This document shows, piece after piece, positions 8,467 to 18,421 of a stretch of DNA of 64,000 nucleotides. The notes under the pieces were generated by a model, which saw nothing but the letters and a program-made list of their open reading frames with translations, did no database searches and was not told the origin of the DNA. Origin of the DNA: Alphaproteobacteria bacterium (GTDB taxonomy: Bacteria; Pseudomonadota; Alphaproteobacteria; UBA828). A program made the translations under genes and the position numbers. Where the stretch lies: positions 32,001 to 96,000 of the forward strand of contig CAXXVO010000007.1 of NCBI GenBank assembly GCA_963422645.2, in the 5' to 3' direction. Numbering within the stretch: position 1 is the stretch's first letter; each line of letters begins with the position of its first letter.

Positions 8467-10004
8467 CAGTGTCGCGCTGGCACGAGGACCTCGCTGCCCA
8501 CGACGAGGCCTTCGCGTGCCTGCAGGACCTTTTCACCCCACAATCCTTCGCAATGACCGCCGTCAAAGCCATTCGGGAATGGGGCCAGAGGTTGCTGCGC
8601 CTGAGCGCGGCCCTGGTCAAGGAGAACGACGCGCTGGAGCGGGAGAACGCCCGCTTGCGCGAGCGGATCGCCGAACTCGAGCGCAGCGCCGCGCTCGACA
8701 GCACCACCAGCTCCAAGCCGCCGGCCAGCGACGGTCTGAAGAAGAAGAGCGGTGACCGGGAGAAGCGCACCCGGAGCCAGCGCGGCAAGTCCGACAGGCC
8801 CAGTGGCGGCCAGCCGGGCCACAAGGGAACTACCCTGGAGCGGACCGCGACGCCCGACCATGTCGTCGATCATGATCCGTCCGCCTGTGAGGGCTGCGGC
8901 GCGCCGCTGTCGGACGCTGACCGTCACGGAGCCCCCGTCTGCCGGCAGGTCTTCGATGTGCCCGAGCCGCAGCCCCTCGAGGTCACCGAACATCGCGGCC
9001 ATCGTTGCCTCTGCGCTGCCTGCGGCACCGTGACGACAGCCGTCTTCCCGAACGGCGTGAGCGCACCGGTCCAATACGGGCCGCGCATCACCGCGTGGGT
9101 GACCTACCTGCTGCACGCTCAGTTCATTCCCGAGAAGCGGGTCGCCGAGGTCATGAGCGACCTCTTCGCGGTCAAGCTCTCAACAGCCACCATCGTCGCC
9201 ATGGGAAGGCGCACCGCCCGGCGCTTCGAGGGCTTCCTCGATCGCCTCGCGGAGATCATCCGCACCGCAGCCCCAGTCAAACACCTCGACGAGACCGGCA
9301 TCCGCATCGCCGCCCGGACCCATTGGCTCCATGTGCTGTGCACCCCGTTGCTCACCATCCTGCGCGTCGCCACCGGGCGCAGCCACATCGACGAGAAGCT
9401 CAACGGCATCGTCATCCATGACGACTACGCCACCTACTTCGCTCTCGAGGGCGTGCGCCACGGGGCCTGCAACGCCCATCACCTGCGCGAGCTCCAAGCC
9501 CTCATCGAGATCGAGAAGGAAGACTGGGCAACGAGCACGCACCGGCTCCTCATCCGTGCCAACAGAGCCGCCCGCTTCGCCCACAAGAACGACCGCGACG
9601 TGCCCGCCTCACTGGTGGCCCGCATCTCGCGAGCCTGGGACCGCATCCTCGAACGTGCCATCGCCTCTCACGAAGAAATGCCACCGCTCCAGACCGGAAA
9701 GCGCGGACGACAAAAGCGCCGCATCGGTCACAACCTCGCCCTCCGACTCCAGAAGTACAAGGAGGGGTGCCTGCGCTTCCTCACCGATCCGCGAACCCCC
9801 TTCTCCAACAACGAGGCCGAGCGCGACCTCCGAATGGGCAAGCTGCGCCAGAAAATCTCAGGCGGCTTCCGCTCGATACAAGGCGCCCGCGACTTCGCAA
9901 ACCTGCGATCCGTCATCGCCACCGCTCGAAAACAGCGCTGGAATGTCCTCGAAACCCTGGCGCACCCCGATCCAATCCAGCTGATCCCCGTATTGCGCTT
10001 CTGA
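8463..10004 (+). CDS. IS66 transposase of element B
   Basis: SSKPPASDG, GGQPGHKG, LDETG, CNAHHLREL, SNNEAERDLR; GTG start overlaps the MTase stop (GTGA). Confidence 0.92.
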   Translation: MTVSRWHEDLAAHDEAFACLQDLFTPQSFAMTAVKAIREWGQRLLRLSAALVKENDALERENARLRERIAELERSAALDSTTSSKPPASDGLKKKSGDREKRTRSQRGKSDRPSGGQPGHKGTTLERTATPDHVVDHDPSACEGCGAPLSDADRHGAPVCRQVFDVPEPQPLEVTEHRGHRCLCAACGTVTTAVFPNGVSAPVQYGPRITAWVTYLLHAQFIPEKRVAEVMSDLFAVKLSTATIVAMGRRTARRFEGFLDRLAEIIRTAAPVKHLDETGIRIAARTHWLHVLCTPLLTILRVATGRSHIDEKLNGIVIHDDYATYFALEGVRHGACNAHHLRELQALIEIEKEDWATSTHRLLIRANRAARFAHKNDRDVPASLVARISRAWDRILERAIASHEEMPPLQTGKRGRQKRRIGHNLALRLQKYKEGCLRFLTDPRTPFSNNEAERDLRMGKLRQKISGGFRSIQGARDFANLRSVIATARKQRWNVLETLAHPDPIQLIPVLRF

Positions 10005-10201
10005 AATCCTGCGCTGCTCCGGGAAAGCGCCGCCTGACCCCTGGCTGGTCAGAACCATCAATCCATCACGTCCGAGTGCTCGGCAGAATCAGACCTGGGC
10101 AGTTACGATTTGTCATTTTGGGCCAGTGGATTGAGGCGTTTCTCGTTCGGAGTTGGTGGAAAGGGCTTGACGGGAATTTCGGGAAATGACTCAACAACGA
10201 C

Positions 10202-11707
10202 ATGAGCAATCCCGAGTCGCCGCGCGGCCCTTCGACGGGAGCAGCGCCCGAAACGCCCGCGCAGAAGATCGCCCGCCTGGAGGAGGAGAACGCCCGGCTT
10301 CGGGAGGAAAATGCCTGGCTTCGGCAGCAGAACGCGCGGCTGGAAGAGCAAGTCGCGCGTCTCGTCGAGCGCATCGAGGAGTTGGAGCGCCGTCTCGGCC
10401 TCAACAGCGGCAACAGCGGCAAGCCGCCTTCGAGCGATGGGCTGAGGAAGCCGAATTCGAAGCGGCGAACCCGAAGCCTGCGCGGCAAATCGGGCCGCAA
10501 GCCCGGTGGCCAGCCCGGCCACAAGGGCAAGACGCTGCGCCGCGCCGATCACCCGGATCGGGTGAAGGATCACGTCCCGGCTTCCTGCAAGGGATGCGGT
10601 TCGCCGCTTTCGGACGCGGCCAGGGCGGGAACGCCCGTCGCCCGCCAGGTGTTCGATCTGCCCGAGCCGAGCCCCCTGGAGGTGACCGAGCACCGGGCGC
10701 ATGCCAAGTGCTGCGGGCATTGCGGGACGGTGACCCGGGCGGCGTTCCCCGACGGGGTGTCGGCGCCGGTGCAGTACGGCCCGCGCATTGCCGGGGTGGC
10801 GGTCTACCTTCAGCACGCTCACTTCCTGCCGGAGGATCGGCTGTCGCAGGTGATGGCCGAGCTCTTCGGCGCGCCGGTGACGGCTGCGACGTTGGCGACG
10901 ATGAGCGAGAGGGCGGCCGAGCGGCTGCGGGACGCGGCCTTGCACATACAGGACCTGGCGGCGGGCACGGCGCGGGTGAAACACATGGACGAGACCGGCT
11001 TGCGGATCGGCGGTCAGACGCAGTGGCTTCATGTGATCTGCACGCCGCTGCTGGCGGCGTACCGGGTCAGCGGCAAGCGCGGCGCCCTGCTCTCGGGTGT
11101 CTCCGGCATCGTCGTGCACGATCACTGGAAGCCGTACTTCGCGATGGAAGGGGTGGAGCACGGCCTGTGCAACGCCCATCACCTGCGGGAGTTGCAGGCG
11201 CTGGTGGACATCGAAGGGGAGGCTTGGGCCCGGCGGATGCAGCAGCTCCTGCGCCGAGCCAATCGCGCCGCCCGCATCGCGCTGGACAAGGATATCGCCG
11301 TTCCGGCGAGGCTTGTGGCGCTGATCGAGCGCCGATACGACGAGATCATCGCCGATGCGCTGGCCTTTCACGAGAGCCAACCACCGTTCTCGCCTGGCAA
11401 GAGGAAGAAGCGCCGGAAGCGAAGGATCGGTCACAATCTGGCCTTGAGGCTGCGCGACCACAAATGCGCGGTGCTCCGGTTCCTGATCGACCTCGAGGTC
11501 GGGTTCACGAACAACGAGGCCGAGCGCGACCTTCGGATGATGAAGCTGCGCCAGAAGATCTCCGGGGGCTTCCGGTCCGCGCAGGGGGCCGAGAACTTCG
11601 CCATCCTGCGCAGCGTCATCACCACCGCCAGAAAGCAGGGCTGGAATATCATCGAAGCCCTGACCAGCCCATCGGATCGGCTCATCGCCACCGTCAAGTG
11701 CGCGTAA
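10202..11707 (+). CDS. IS66 transposase (element A copy 2)
   Basis: Identical to the other copies except NSGKPP instead of NSVKPP. Confidence 0.95.
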   Translation: MSNPESPRGPSTGAAPETPAQKIARLEEENARLREENAWLRQQNARLEEQVARLVERIEELERRLGLNSGNSGKPPSSDGLRKPNSKRRTRSLRGKSGRKPGGQPGHKGKTLRRADHPDRVKDHVPASCKGCGSPLSDAARAGTPVARQVFDLPEPSPLEVTEHRAHAKCCGHCGTVTRAAFPDGVSAPVQYGPRIAGVAVYLQHAHFLPEDRLSQVMAELFGAPVTAATLATMSERAAERLRDAALHIQDLAAGTARVKHMDETGLRIGGQTQWLHVICTPLLAAYRVSGKRGALLSGVSGIVVHDHWKPYFAMEGVEHGLCNAHHLRELQALVDIEGEAWARRMQQLLRRANRAARIALDKDIAVPARLVALIERRYDEIIADALAFHESQPPFSPGKRKKRRKRRIGHNLALRLRDHKCAVLRFLIDLEVGFTNNEAERDLRMMKLRQKISGGFRSAQGAENFAILRSVITTARKQGWNIIEALTSPSDRLIATVKCA

Positions 11708-12749
11708 GCTCACCTGGCACGGGTTCTCCAACAGCGGAGCCATTCTCATAAACGATCATGGTCGACGCCGTGCTGGACCACCCCATAGAATGAAAATCGG
11801 TGCCCGTCGCGCGGGCGGACTTCGGGCCACATCGGGGTAGCTTACCGGTCGCAGTCCGCAAGAGGGGCATCGTGAGCTGTGAAACCCGGCGACCACAGAG
11901 GAGCACACGGGCGTCGCGTGGGTAGCGTTGTGCCGAATCCCAGAGAATTTTCACAGCAAGAACCTGGGCAGTTACACATTTACGTGGACGGCGACGCCGA
12001 GTCCGCCCGCGAGGTGCGCACGATGTTCGACGAGCAGGTGGCCTGGGCCGTCGACGAGGGCGTGGATTACATCGTCGCCGAGACCATCTCCTTCGTCGGC
12101 GAGGCCCTGCTCGCGCTTGAAGCGATCAAGGCGGCCGGCCAGACGGCAGTGATCAACCTCGCCGTCCACCGCGACCCGACCACGCGGGACGGATTGAGCC
12201 TGGCCGAGGCAGCCAAGCGCCTGGAAGACGCGGGCGCCGACGTGGTCGGGCTCAACTGCACGCGCGGCCCGGCCACCATGCTGCCGCTGCTCGGCCCCAT
12301 TCGCGAGGCGGTGAGCTGCCACGTCGCGGCGCTGCCGGTGGCCTACCGCACCACCGCCGAGCAACCCAGCTTCCAGGCCCTGGAGGATCCCGGCTGCGCC
12401 TGTCTGCCGCGGGAGCGGCCCTTCCCCACCGCGCTCGACCCCTTCACCGTCAATCGTTACGAGATCGAGAAATTCACCAGGGACGCGCAGGCGCTCGGCG
12501 TCAACTATCTCGGCGTCTGCTGCGGCGCGTCCCCCCACCACATCCGCAGCATGGCGGAGGCCCTCGGCCGGCACCCGCCGGGGAGCAGGTACTCGCCCGA
12601 CATGTCCACACACGCCTTCTACGGCACCTCGGACAAGGTCCCGTCCGAATACAAGGACTTCGCGAAGCACCTTTAGGAGGGGTCGGGCACCAGGGCTGCG
12701 GGAGACGCCGCACGCCCGCGTAACCATCGTGAACTGGGAGAACATGTCC

Positions 12750-13803
12750 ATGACTGACGCCGAAGCGTCTGGCGTATCGAGTCCTGACTTCGACGGTTGG
12801 GCCGGTCCTCTGCGCAGAGGGCTATCTGTTCGAGCTCGAGCGCAGCGGCTATGTCGCCGCCGGCCCCTATGTGCCCGAGGCAGTGCTGGAACACCCCGAT
12901 GCGGTGATCCGGCTGCACCGTGATTTCCTGCGCGCGGGCTCCGACGTGATGCTCGCTTTCACTTACTACGCACACCGGGAAAAGCTCAGGCTGATCGGCA
13001 AAGAGGGCGCACTGGAAGAGATCAACCGCACCGCGATCCGTCTTGCGCGGGAGGCGGCGCGGGAGGGCGACGCTCTGGTCGCCGGCAACGTCTGCAACTC
13101 CAACATCTACGTGGACGGCGAGACCGAGTCCGCGCGGCGGGTGCGTGCCATGTTCGACGAGCAAGTGGGCTGGGCCGTGGACGAGGGTGTGGACTTCATC
13201 GTTGCCGAAACGATCTCTTACGTCAGCGAGGCGCTGTTGGCGCTGGAGGCGATCAAGGAGGCAGGCCTGCCGGCGGTGATCAACCTCGCCATCTTCCGTG
13301 ACCCGCTGACGCGCGAAGGACTGACCCCGGCCGAGGCCTGCAAGCGCCTGGAGGATGCTGGCGCCGACGTTGTGGGACTCAACTGCGCGCGCGGCCCGGC
13401 CACCATGCTGCCCTTGCTCGGGGAAATCCGCGAAACGGTGAGCTGCCACGTCGCGGCGCTCCCGGTGGCCTACCGCACCACCGAGGACGAGCCGACCTTC
13501 CTGTCGCTCAGCGATTCCGAGTGCGTTTGCATACCGGAAGAACGCCCCTTCCCCACGGCGCTCGACCCCTTCACCTGCAACCGCTATGAGATTGCGGAAT
13601 TCACCAGAGACGCGCGGGCACTCGGCGTCAACTATCTTGGCGTCTGTTGCGGCGCGGCACCCCACCATATCCGCAGCATGGCGGAGGCGCTCGGCCGCCA
13701 GCCGCCGGCGAGCAAGTACTCGCCCGACATGACTCGGCACGCCTACTTGGGGACCGTCGACGAAATCCCGGCTGCGAACAGGTCGTTCGCCAGGTACTTG
13801 TAG
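12750..13803 (+). pseudogene. Homocysteine S-methyltransferase (BHMT-like), paralog 2, with a 5' frameshift
   Basis: ATG 12750 (MTDA..., as in paralog 1) is out of frame with VLCAEGYLFELERSGY...GLNC...GVCCG; the shift lies between 12750 and about 12805. Confidence 0.75.
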
Positions 13804-13809
13804 CGCCGC

Positions 13810-15420
13810 TCAGCCGCCCACGCCGCCGTAGGCGACGCCCGAGAGGCGGGACATATCCTCTTTCCAGGTCACGAGGTCGTCGGGCGCGAGTTGGTTCAGG
13901 TGCGTGTGCCCGCAGGCGCGCGCCATGATCTTCATCAGCTCGACGCTCGCTTCGAAGAAGTTAGCAAGACGCCGCGCCGACTTCTCGATTTCGATCCGGG
14001 CGGTGAGATGCGGCTTCTGAGTCGCGATGCCGACCGGGCAGTTGTTGGTGTGGCAGGCGCGCATGCCGAGGCAGCCGATCGCCTGGATCGCGGCGTTGGA
14101 GACCGCGACCGCATCCGCGCCCAGCGCCAGCGCCTTGGCGAAATCGGCGGGCTTGCGCAGGCCCCCGGTGATCACCAGCGTCACGTCCTGGCGCTCGGAC
14201 GCATCTAGATGGCGCCGCGCGCGGGCGAGCGCTGGGATGGTCGGCACCGAGATGTTGTCGCGGAATATCAGCGGTGCCGCCCCCGTGCCGCCGCCGCGGC
14301 CGTCGAGAATGACGTAGTCGACCCCCACCTCGAGCGCGGCGTCGATGTCCTTCTCGATGTGCTGGGCTGAGAGCTTGTAGCCGATTGGGATGCCGCCGGT
14401 GTGGCTGCGTACCGCGTCGGCGAAGTCCTTCACCTGGCGCCAGTCGGTCCAGTCCGGGAAGCGCGGCGGTGAGACCGCGGGCGAGCCTTCCGGCAACCCC
14501 CGTACCTCGGCGATCTTGCCCCTCACCTTGTTTCCCGGCAGATGCCCGCCGGTTCCGGTCTTGGCGCCCTGGCCACCCTTGAAGTGGAAGGCTTGCACGT
14601 TCTCCAGCTTGTCCCACGAGAAGCCGAAGCGGCCTGAGGCATACTCGTAGAAGTAGCGGCTGCAGGCCTGCTGTTCCTCCGGCAGCATGCCGCCCTCGCC
14701 CGAGCAGATGCCGGTGCCGGAAAGCTCGGCGCCGCGCGAGAGAGAGACCTTGGCGGGCTCCGAAAGCGCCCCGAAACTCATGTCCGAAACCAGCAGCGGA
14801 ATTTCGAGGGTGAGCGGTTTCTGCGCGTTGGGGCCGACCACCACCTCGGTACCGACGGGCTCGTCGTCGAGGTGCGGCATGCGGTGGAGCTGCGCCGTGA
14901 TGAACTGGATGTCGTCCCAGCTCGGCAGGTCTTGGCGCGGCACGCCCATGGCCACGACCACGCCGTGATGGCCGGTCTTGGAGAGCCCGTCCCTGGCGTA
15001 ACCCTGGATCAGCCCGACGTGAGGCTCCTCCGGCGCGGGGTGGGTGTCGGCGTAAAGCCCGAGATAGTCGTCGCGCTTGAAGGGCTGCGGGTGCTCCTCC
15101 TGCCAGGCGCCGATCTCGTCCGCATCGACCAGAACCTGCCCGTCTTCGATCCAAGACGTGAACTTGGGCAGGACTTCCGCGTTGTTGTATTCGCTCACGC
15201 CGGTATCGAGGCGGTAGTCCCAATAATGGACGCCGCAGATCAGGTTTTCGCCATCGACGAACCCGTCGGCCATGAGCGCGCCCCGGTGCAGGCAGCGGCC
15301 GTAGAAGACCGAGACGTTGTCGTCGTAGCGCACCAGGCAAAGATCGACCTCGCCGACGAGGGCATAGGCCGGCTGGCGGTCTTCCAACTCGTCGAGCGTC
15401 TTGATTGCGATCTTGTTCAT
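13810..15420 (-). CDS. FMN-binding glutamate synthase family protein with N-terminal Rieske domain
   Basis: CLHRG...CGVH Rieske motif; MSFGALS, SGEGG, GQGAKTGTGGHLPG, CxxxxxCxxxxCP [3Fe-4S] motif. Confidence 0.88.
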   Translation of the reverse strand: MNKIAIKTLDELEDRQPAYALVGEVDLCLVRYDDNVSVFYGRCLHRGALMADGFVDGENLICGVHYWDYRLDTGVSEYNNAEVLPKFTSWIEDGQVLVDADEIGAWQEEHPQPFKRDDYLGLYADTHPAPEEPHVGLIQGYARDGLSKTGHHGVVVAMGVPRQDLPSWDDIQFITAQLHRMPHLDDEPVGTEVVVGPNAQKPLTLEIPLLVSDMSFGALSEPAKVSLSRGAELSGTGICSGEGGMLPEEQQACSRYFYEYASGRFGFSWDKLENVQAFHFKGGQGAKTGTGGHLPGNKVRGKIAEVRGLPEGSPAVSPPRFPDWTDWRQVKDFADAVRSHTGGIPIGYKLSAQHIEKDIDAALEVGVDYVILDGRGGGTGAAPLIFRDNISVPTIPALARARRHLDASERQDVTLVITGGLRKPADFAKALALGADAVAVSNAAIQAIGCLGMRACHTNNCPVGIATQKPHLTARIEIEKSARRLANFFEASVELMKIMARACGHTHLNQLAPDDLVTWKEDMSRLSGVAYGGVGG

Positions 15421-15473
15421 GGAGACCCTGCCTTCCGCCACCGCGCGACCGCGCGGCGCGTCTCAATCGACCG

Positions 15474-15713
15474 TCACGAACCCTCGTCGGCAGCGGGCGT
15501 CTTGCGCTTGCACAGCAGGCGCTCGGTGTAGGTGGAGACGAGTTGCGCCACGCTGAGCAGGGCGAACACGCCCATGACGCCGACGAAGATGCCGAAGCCC
15601 GAAATCAGCGTGCCGCGAGTGCTGGCCTGCACCTCCAGATAGACCCAGTAGGAGGCATAGCCGAGCCCGGCAGTCACGATCGCACCGGCAATGATCCAGG
15701 CGAATTGCTTCAT
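15474..15713 (-). CDS. Small two-TM hypothetical protein
   Basis: 79 aa, two hydrophobic helices, tight operon spacing. Confidence 0.6.
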   Translation of the reverse strand: MKQFAWIIAGAIVTAGLGYASYWVYLEVQASTRGTLISGFGIFVGVMGVFALLSVAQLVSTYTERLLCKRKTPAADEGS

Positions 15714-15716
15714 CGC

Positions 15717-16505
15717 TCAGAACACCTTGGCCGCGTCGATATCGACCTTGAAGACCAGGAGATCGTCGAGGCGTTCGACCTCGCCTTCGAGCTGGAGGCG
15801 GACCGCCACATAGTCGCCAAAGTGGTCGGGGAGCGGCCCGCCATCCTCATTGGCCATGAGCAGGAAGGTCTCGCCCTCGACCGCGCCCTCCTCCGCCGTG
15901 ACGAAGATCGGCGGCGCGCCGGAGGAAATGCAGAGGTTGGCGCAGGCCTTGTGCGCGAGCCCGTCGCCCGGGCGCATGGCGCCCAGATGGCACTTGCTGT
16001 CGCAAATCTCGCCGATGAGGCGCCAGCGGCCGAGCGGTTCCGCGGGCACCGGAGTGAATTCGGGCGGCGGCTCGCCTTCGCCGGCCTCGACGGCTTTCAG
16101 GGAGTTCTTGCCCTGGACCTGCAGCATGTCGATGTCGCCGCGCTGGAACATGAAGCCCGTCACGTCGACGAGCTGGCCGAAGAGCTTGCGGCCGCGCCGC
16201 TTGACGCTGCGCTTGCCGGGCACGGTGAGCATGACCGTGCGTGCTTCGGGATTCTTCGCGTCGGCGCGCACGCGCAGGATCGGATAGGGATTCTCCACCA
16301 GAATCCCCGACATCTCCTGTTTTCCGAGCTTGCGGGCGAAGGTGCCGTCGCCTGGGTCATTCACGTTGGTGCCAAGGGCGAAGGCCAACCCCGCCATGCC
16401 GCCCACGAGCGCCGCGGCGACCACCACCAGGAAGATCGCGAGCGGACGCGGCACCGAGTTGAGGTAGCCGACGAAGAAGCCGGGATCCGGCAAGCGGCCT
16501 GCCAT
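15717..16505 (-). CDS. Membrane-anchored hypothetical protein with Cys motifs
   Basis: N-terminal TM helix; ICDSKCHLG and HKACANLC motifs. Confidence 0.75.
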   Translation of the reverse strand: MAGRLPDPGFFVGYLNSVPRPLAIFLVVVAAALVGGMAGLAFALGTNVNDPGDGTFARKLGKQEMSGILVENPYPILRVRADAKNPEARTVMLTVPGKRSVKRRGRKLFGQLVDVTGFMFQRGDIDMLQVQGKNSLKAVEAGEGEPPPEFTPVPAEPLGRWRLIGEICDSKCHLGAMRPGDGLAHKACANLCISSGAPPIFVTAEEGAVEGETFLLMANEDGGPLPDHFGDYVAVRLQLEGEVERLDDLLVFKVDIDAAKVF

Positions 16506-16506
16506 G

Positions 16507-17574
16507 TTACGCCTCCGTCACCCGCACGGGCTCGACATAGGTGCCGGGCTCATTCGCTCGGGGATCGAGCAGGATCCGCCTGCCGTCGAGCTTGAGCCGG
16601 TAGGTCGCGACCTTCTCGGTGAAGGGCGGTGGCGAGCAGCCGTCCTCGGGCCGGTACTGGAAGCCGTGCCACGGGCAGGTCACGCAGCCGTCCATGATCC
16701 GTCCCTCGCCGAGCGGTCCGTTCTGATGGGCGCAGACGTTGGCGAGCGCCGACAGCTTGTCGCCGTAGCGGAACACCGCAACGCGTTCGCCATGCTCCAG
16801 CGGCACCACGATGCCGCGCCCGTCCGCCACCGAATCCACGTCGCCGGCGACGACCCAGGGAGTCTCGTCGGTGCTTTCAGGGACGCTCTCCGCCGCGTTG
16901 CGGTCCTTCTGCCGCTCGATACGCCCGGCAACGAGGTGCAGGCCCGTCACCGCCACCACGCTCAAGCCCACGATGACGGCGAGCAGCGGGCTCTGCTTCG
17001 CCTGCAGGGAGCCGAGCGCCACATGGCAGACGATTGCCGCATAGGCGACGTAGACCGAGATGTGGATCGCCTTCCAGATCGGCGGAGTCAGGAACCTGAG
17101 CCAGAAGTCGTGACTCGTGGCCGCGAGCACCAGCAGCAGGAAGAGCGCGAAGATGCCGAAGGTCTCGAACGGAAAGCCGAGAAAGCGGTCGTAGCTCGTG
17201 TTGCTCGCCAGCACGGCGACGTATTTGTTCAGCGGGCTGAAGGAGTAATAGATGCTGACCACGTGCGTTGCGTGTGTGAAGGCGATGGCACACGTGATCA
17301 CGCCGAAATGGCGCCTGTTGTAGAGCAGCGGCAGGAAGCGCTGATCGAGGCGCGCGAGCGGTCCGATGCACAGGATGAAGGTGAGCATCAGGAAGGCGCA
17401 GGTGCCGAAGGCCTGCGCCCTGAGGATCGCCCCGCTGGTCGGCTTGGTGACGTCCTGGAAGCTCGGCGCAATCTTGATGAAGAGCAGGATGTAGGCGACG
17501 GCGGCGGCCAGCACCACGACGTCGTAAATGATCTTGTTGCGGTTCCAGCCGACCGGCGCGTAACGCACGCTCAT
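16507..17574 (-). CDS. Ferric-reductase-like transmembrane domain fused to a Rieske [2Fe-2S] domain
   Basis: LYNRRHFG, HATH and WKAIH heme-ligand pattern; CAHQNGP...CPWHG. Confidence 0.85.
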   Translation of the reverse strand: MSVRYAPVGWNRNKIIYDVVVLAAAVAYILLFIKIAPSFQDVTKPTSGAILRAQAFGTCAFLMLTFILCIGPLARLDQRFLPLLYNRRHFGVITCAIAFTHATHVVSIYYSFSPLNKYVAVLASNTSYDRFLGFPFETFGIFALFLLLVLAATSHDFWLRFLTPPIWKAIHISVYVAYAAIVCHVALGSLQAKQSPLLAVIVGLSVVAVTGLHLVAGRIERQKDRNAAESVPESTDETPWVVAGDVDSVADGRGIVVPLEHGERVAVFRYGDKLSALANVCAHQNGPLGEGRIMDGCVTCPWHGFQYRPEDGCSPPPFTEKVATYRLKLDGRRILLDPRANEPGTYVEPVRVTEA

Positions 17575-17589
17575 CGCTCAGCCGCCCCC

Positions 17590-17769
17590 TTACTCTTCCG
17601 CCCTAGCAGCGGGCGCCTCGGCCTGCGCCCCGGGCTTTTCGAGCTGGACGGCGGATTTCTCCGTCGGCCCGTGCTGGCGAATGGCAAGCGCCGCGATCAG
17701 CATCGCCGGCAGAAAGATCGCGAGCACCTTCCACATGTAGGCGTGGGTCTTGCGATGGCGGCGCTGCAT
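17590..17769 (-). CDS. Small TM hypothetical protein (59 aa, below the ORF-track cutoff)
   Basis: MQRRHRKTHAYMWKVLAIFLPAMLIAALAIRQHG...; fills the gap in the operon. Confidence 0.6.
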   Translation of the reverse strand: MQRRHRKTHAYMWKVLAIFLPAMLIAALAIRQHGPTEKSAVQLEKPGAQAEAPAARAEE

Positions 17770-17782
17770 GACGACGAGCCGC

Positions 17783-17995
17783 TCAGCCGCGCTGCCGCTC
17801 AGCCGCGACCCAGCGGGCGATGACCAGCGGCCAGAGCACGATACAGCCGGGAATCAGCAGCGGGCGGAAGGCGTAGGAACGGCGCGCGCCCTCATCCACG
17901 CGCTCGATGCCATAGAGCAGGAACGCGGCCGCGACGGCGAGCCCGACGTAGCCGTAGTACTGGAGGACTTCGATGACGATTCGTGCCGCGTCCAC
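17783..17995 (-). CDS. Small membrane hypothetical protein
   Basis: 70 aa, RBS GGAGG upstream, two TM helices. Confidence 0.65.
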   Translation of the reverse strand: MDAARIVIEVLQYYGYVGLAVAAAFLLYGIERVDEGARRSYAFRPLLIPGCIVLWPLVIARWVAAERQRG

Positions 17996-18421
17996 GCTCT
18001 ACCTCCTGGAAGAGCAGGAGCCGCTCTCGGCCCCCGTCGCATATCGCATGTCGTCGCCCAGCCCCTGCAACTCGGCGGGGCTGAACGATACGAACGATCG
18101 CGACGCGTGCCAACCCCGCAACGGATCAACGGCGATCAACATTGCGCGACCGACATAGCGGATATGCTGGGGTTCGGCCCTTACCGGCCCCTTTACCGTG
18201 CCGGGCGCCATGTCAGTCGCTCAGTCCCGCGAGCGCGGCGGTCTTGGTCGGATACACCGTAATAAGCCTGTCCACACCGCCTCCCGAGAAGACCGCAGCG
18301 ACGACGCCCTGCGGCGCGCAAACTGCCAGGCTGACGTCCCGGTCGCGCAAAACCCTGGTCGTGATCCGCAGCGCGCGAACGCCGACGTTGCCGATGTAGG
18401 CGAGCTGCTCGAAATCTAGGA

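Larger units (their letters stand above)
7646..10106 (+). mobile_element. IS66 element B (2461 bp) carrying a DNA methyltransferase and a transposase
   Basis: Ends GTAACTACCCAGGT / ACCTGGGCAGTTAC; perfect 8-bp target duplication GATTTGTC at 7638-7645 and 10107-10114. Confidence 0.95.
7619..11975 (+). mobile_element. IS66 element A, copy 2, interrupted 27 bp inside its left end by element B
   Basis: IRs GTAACTGCCCAGGT; flanks GCATTTAC / ACATTTAC (7/8 target duplication). Confidence 0.93.
7253..12676 (+). pseudogene. Homocysteine S-methyltransferase (BHMT-like), paralog 1, split by nested IS66
   Basis: 5' part 7253-7618 (AEGYLFEIERRGY) and 3' part from about 11976 (GLNC, GVCCG zinc ligands) rejoin in frame when the IS and one target copy are removed. 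Confidence 0.9.

Noticed and set aside
17999-18211. 70-aa ORF between the STAS gene and the redox operon
   Set aside because: No motif and atypical composition; more likely promoter or leader DNA
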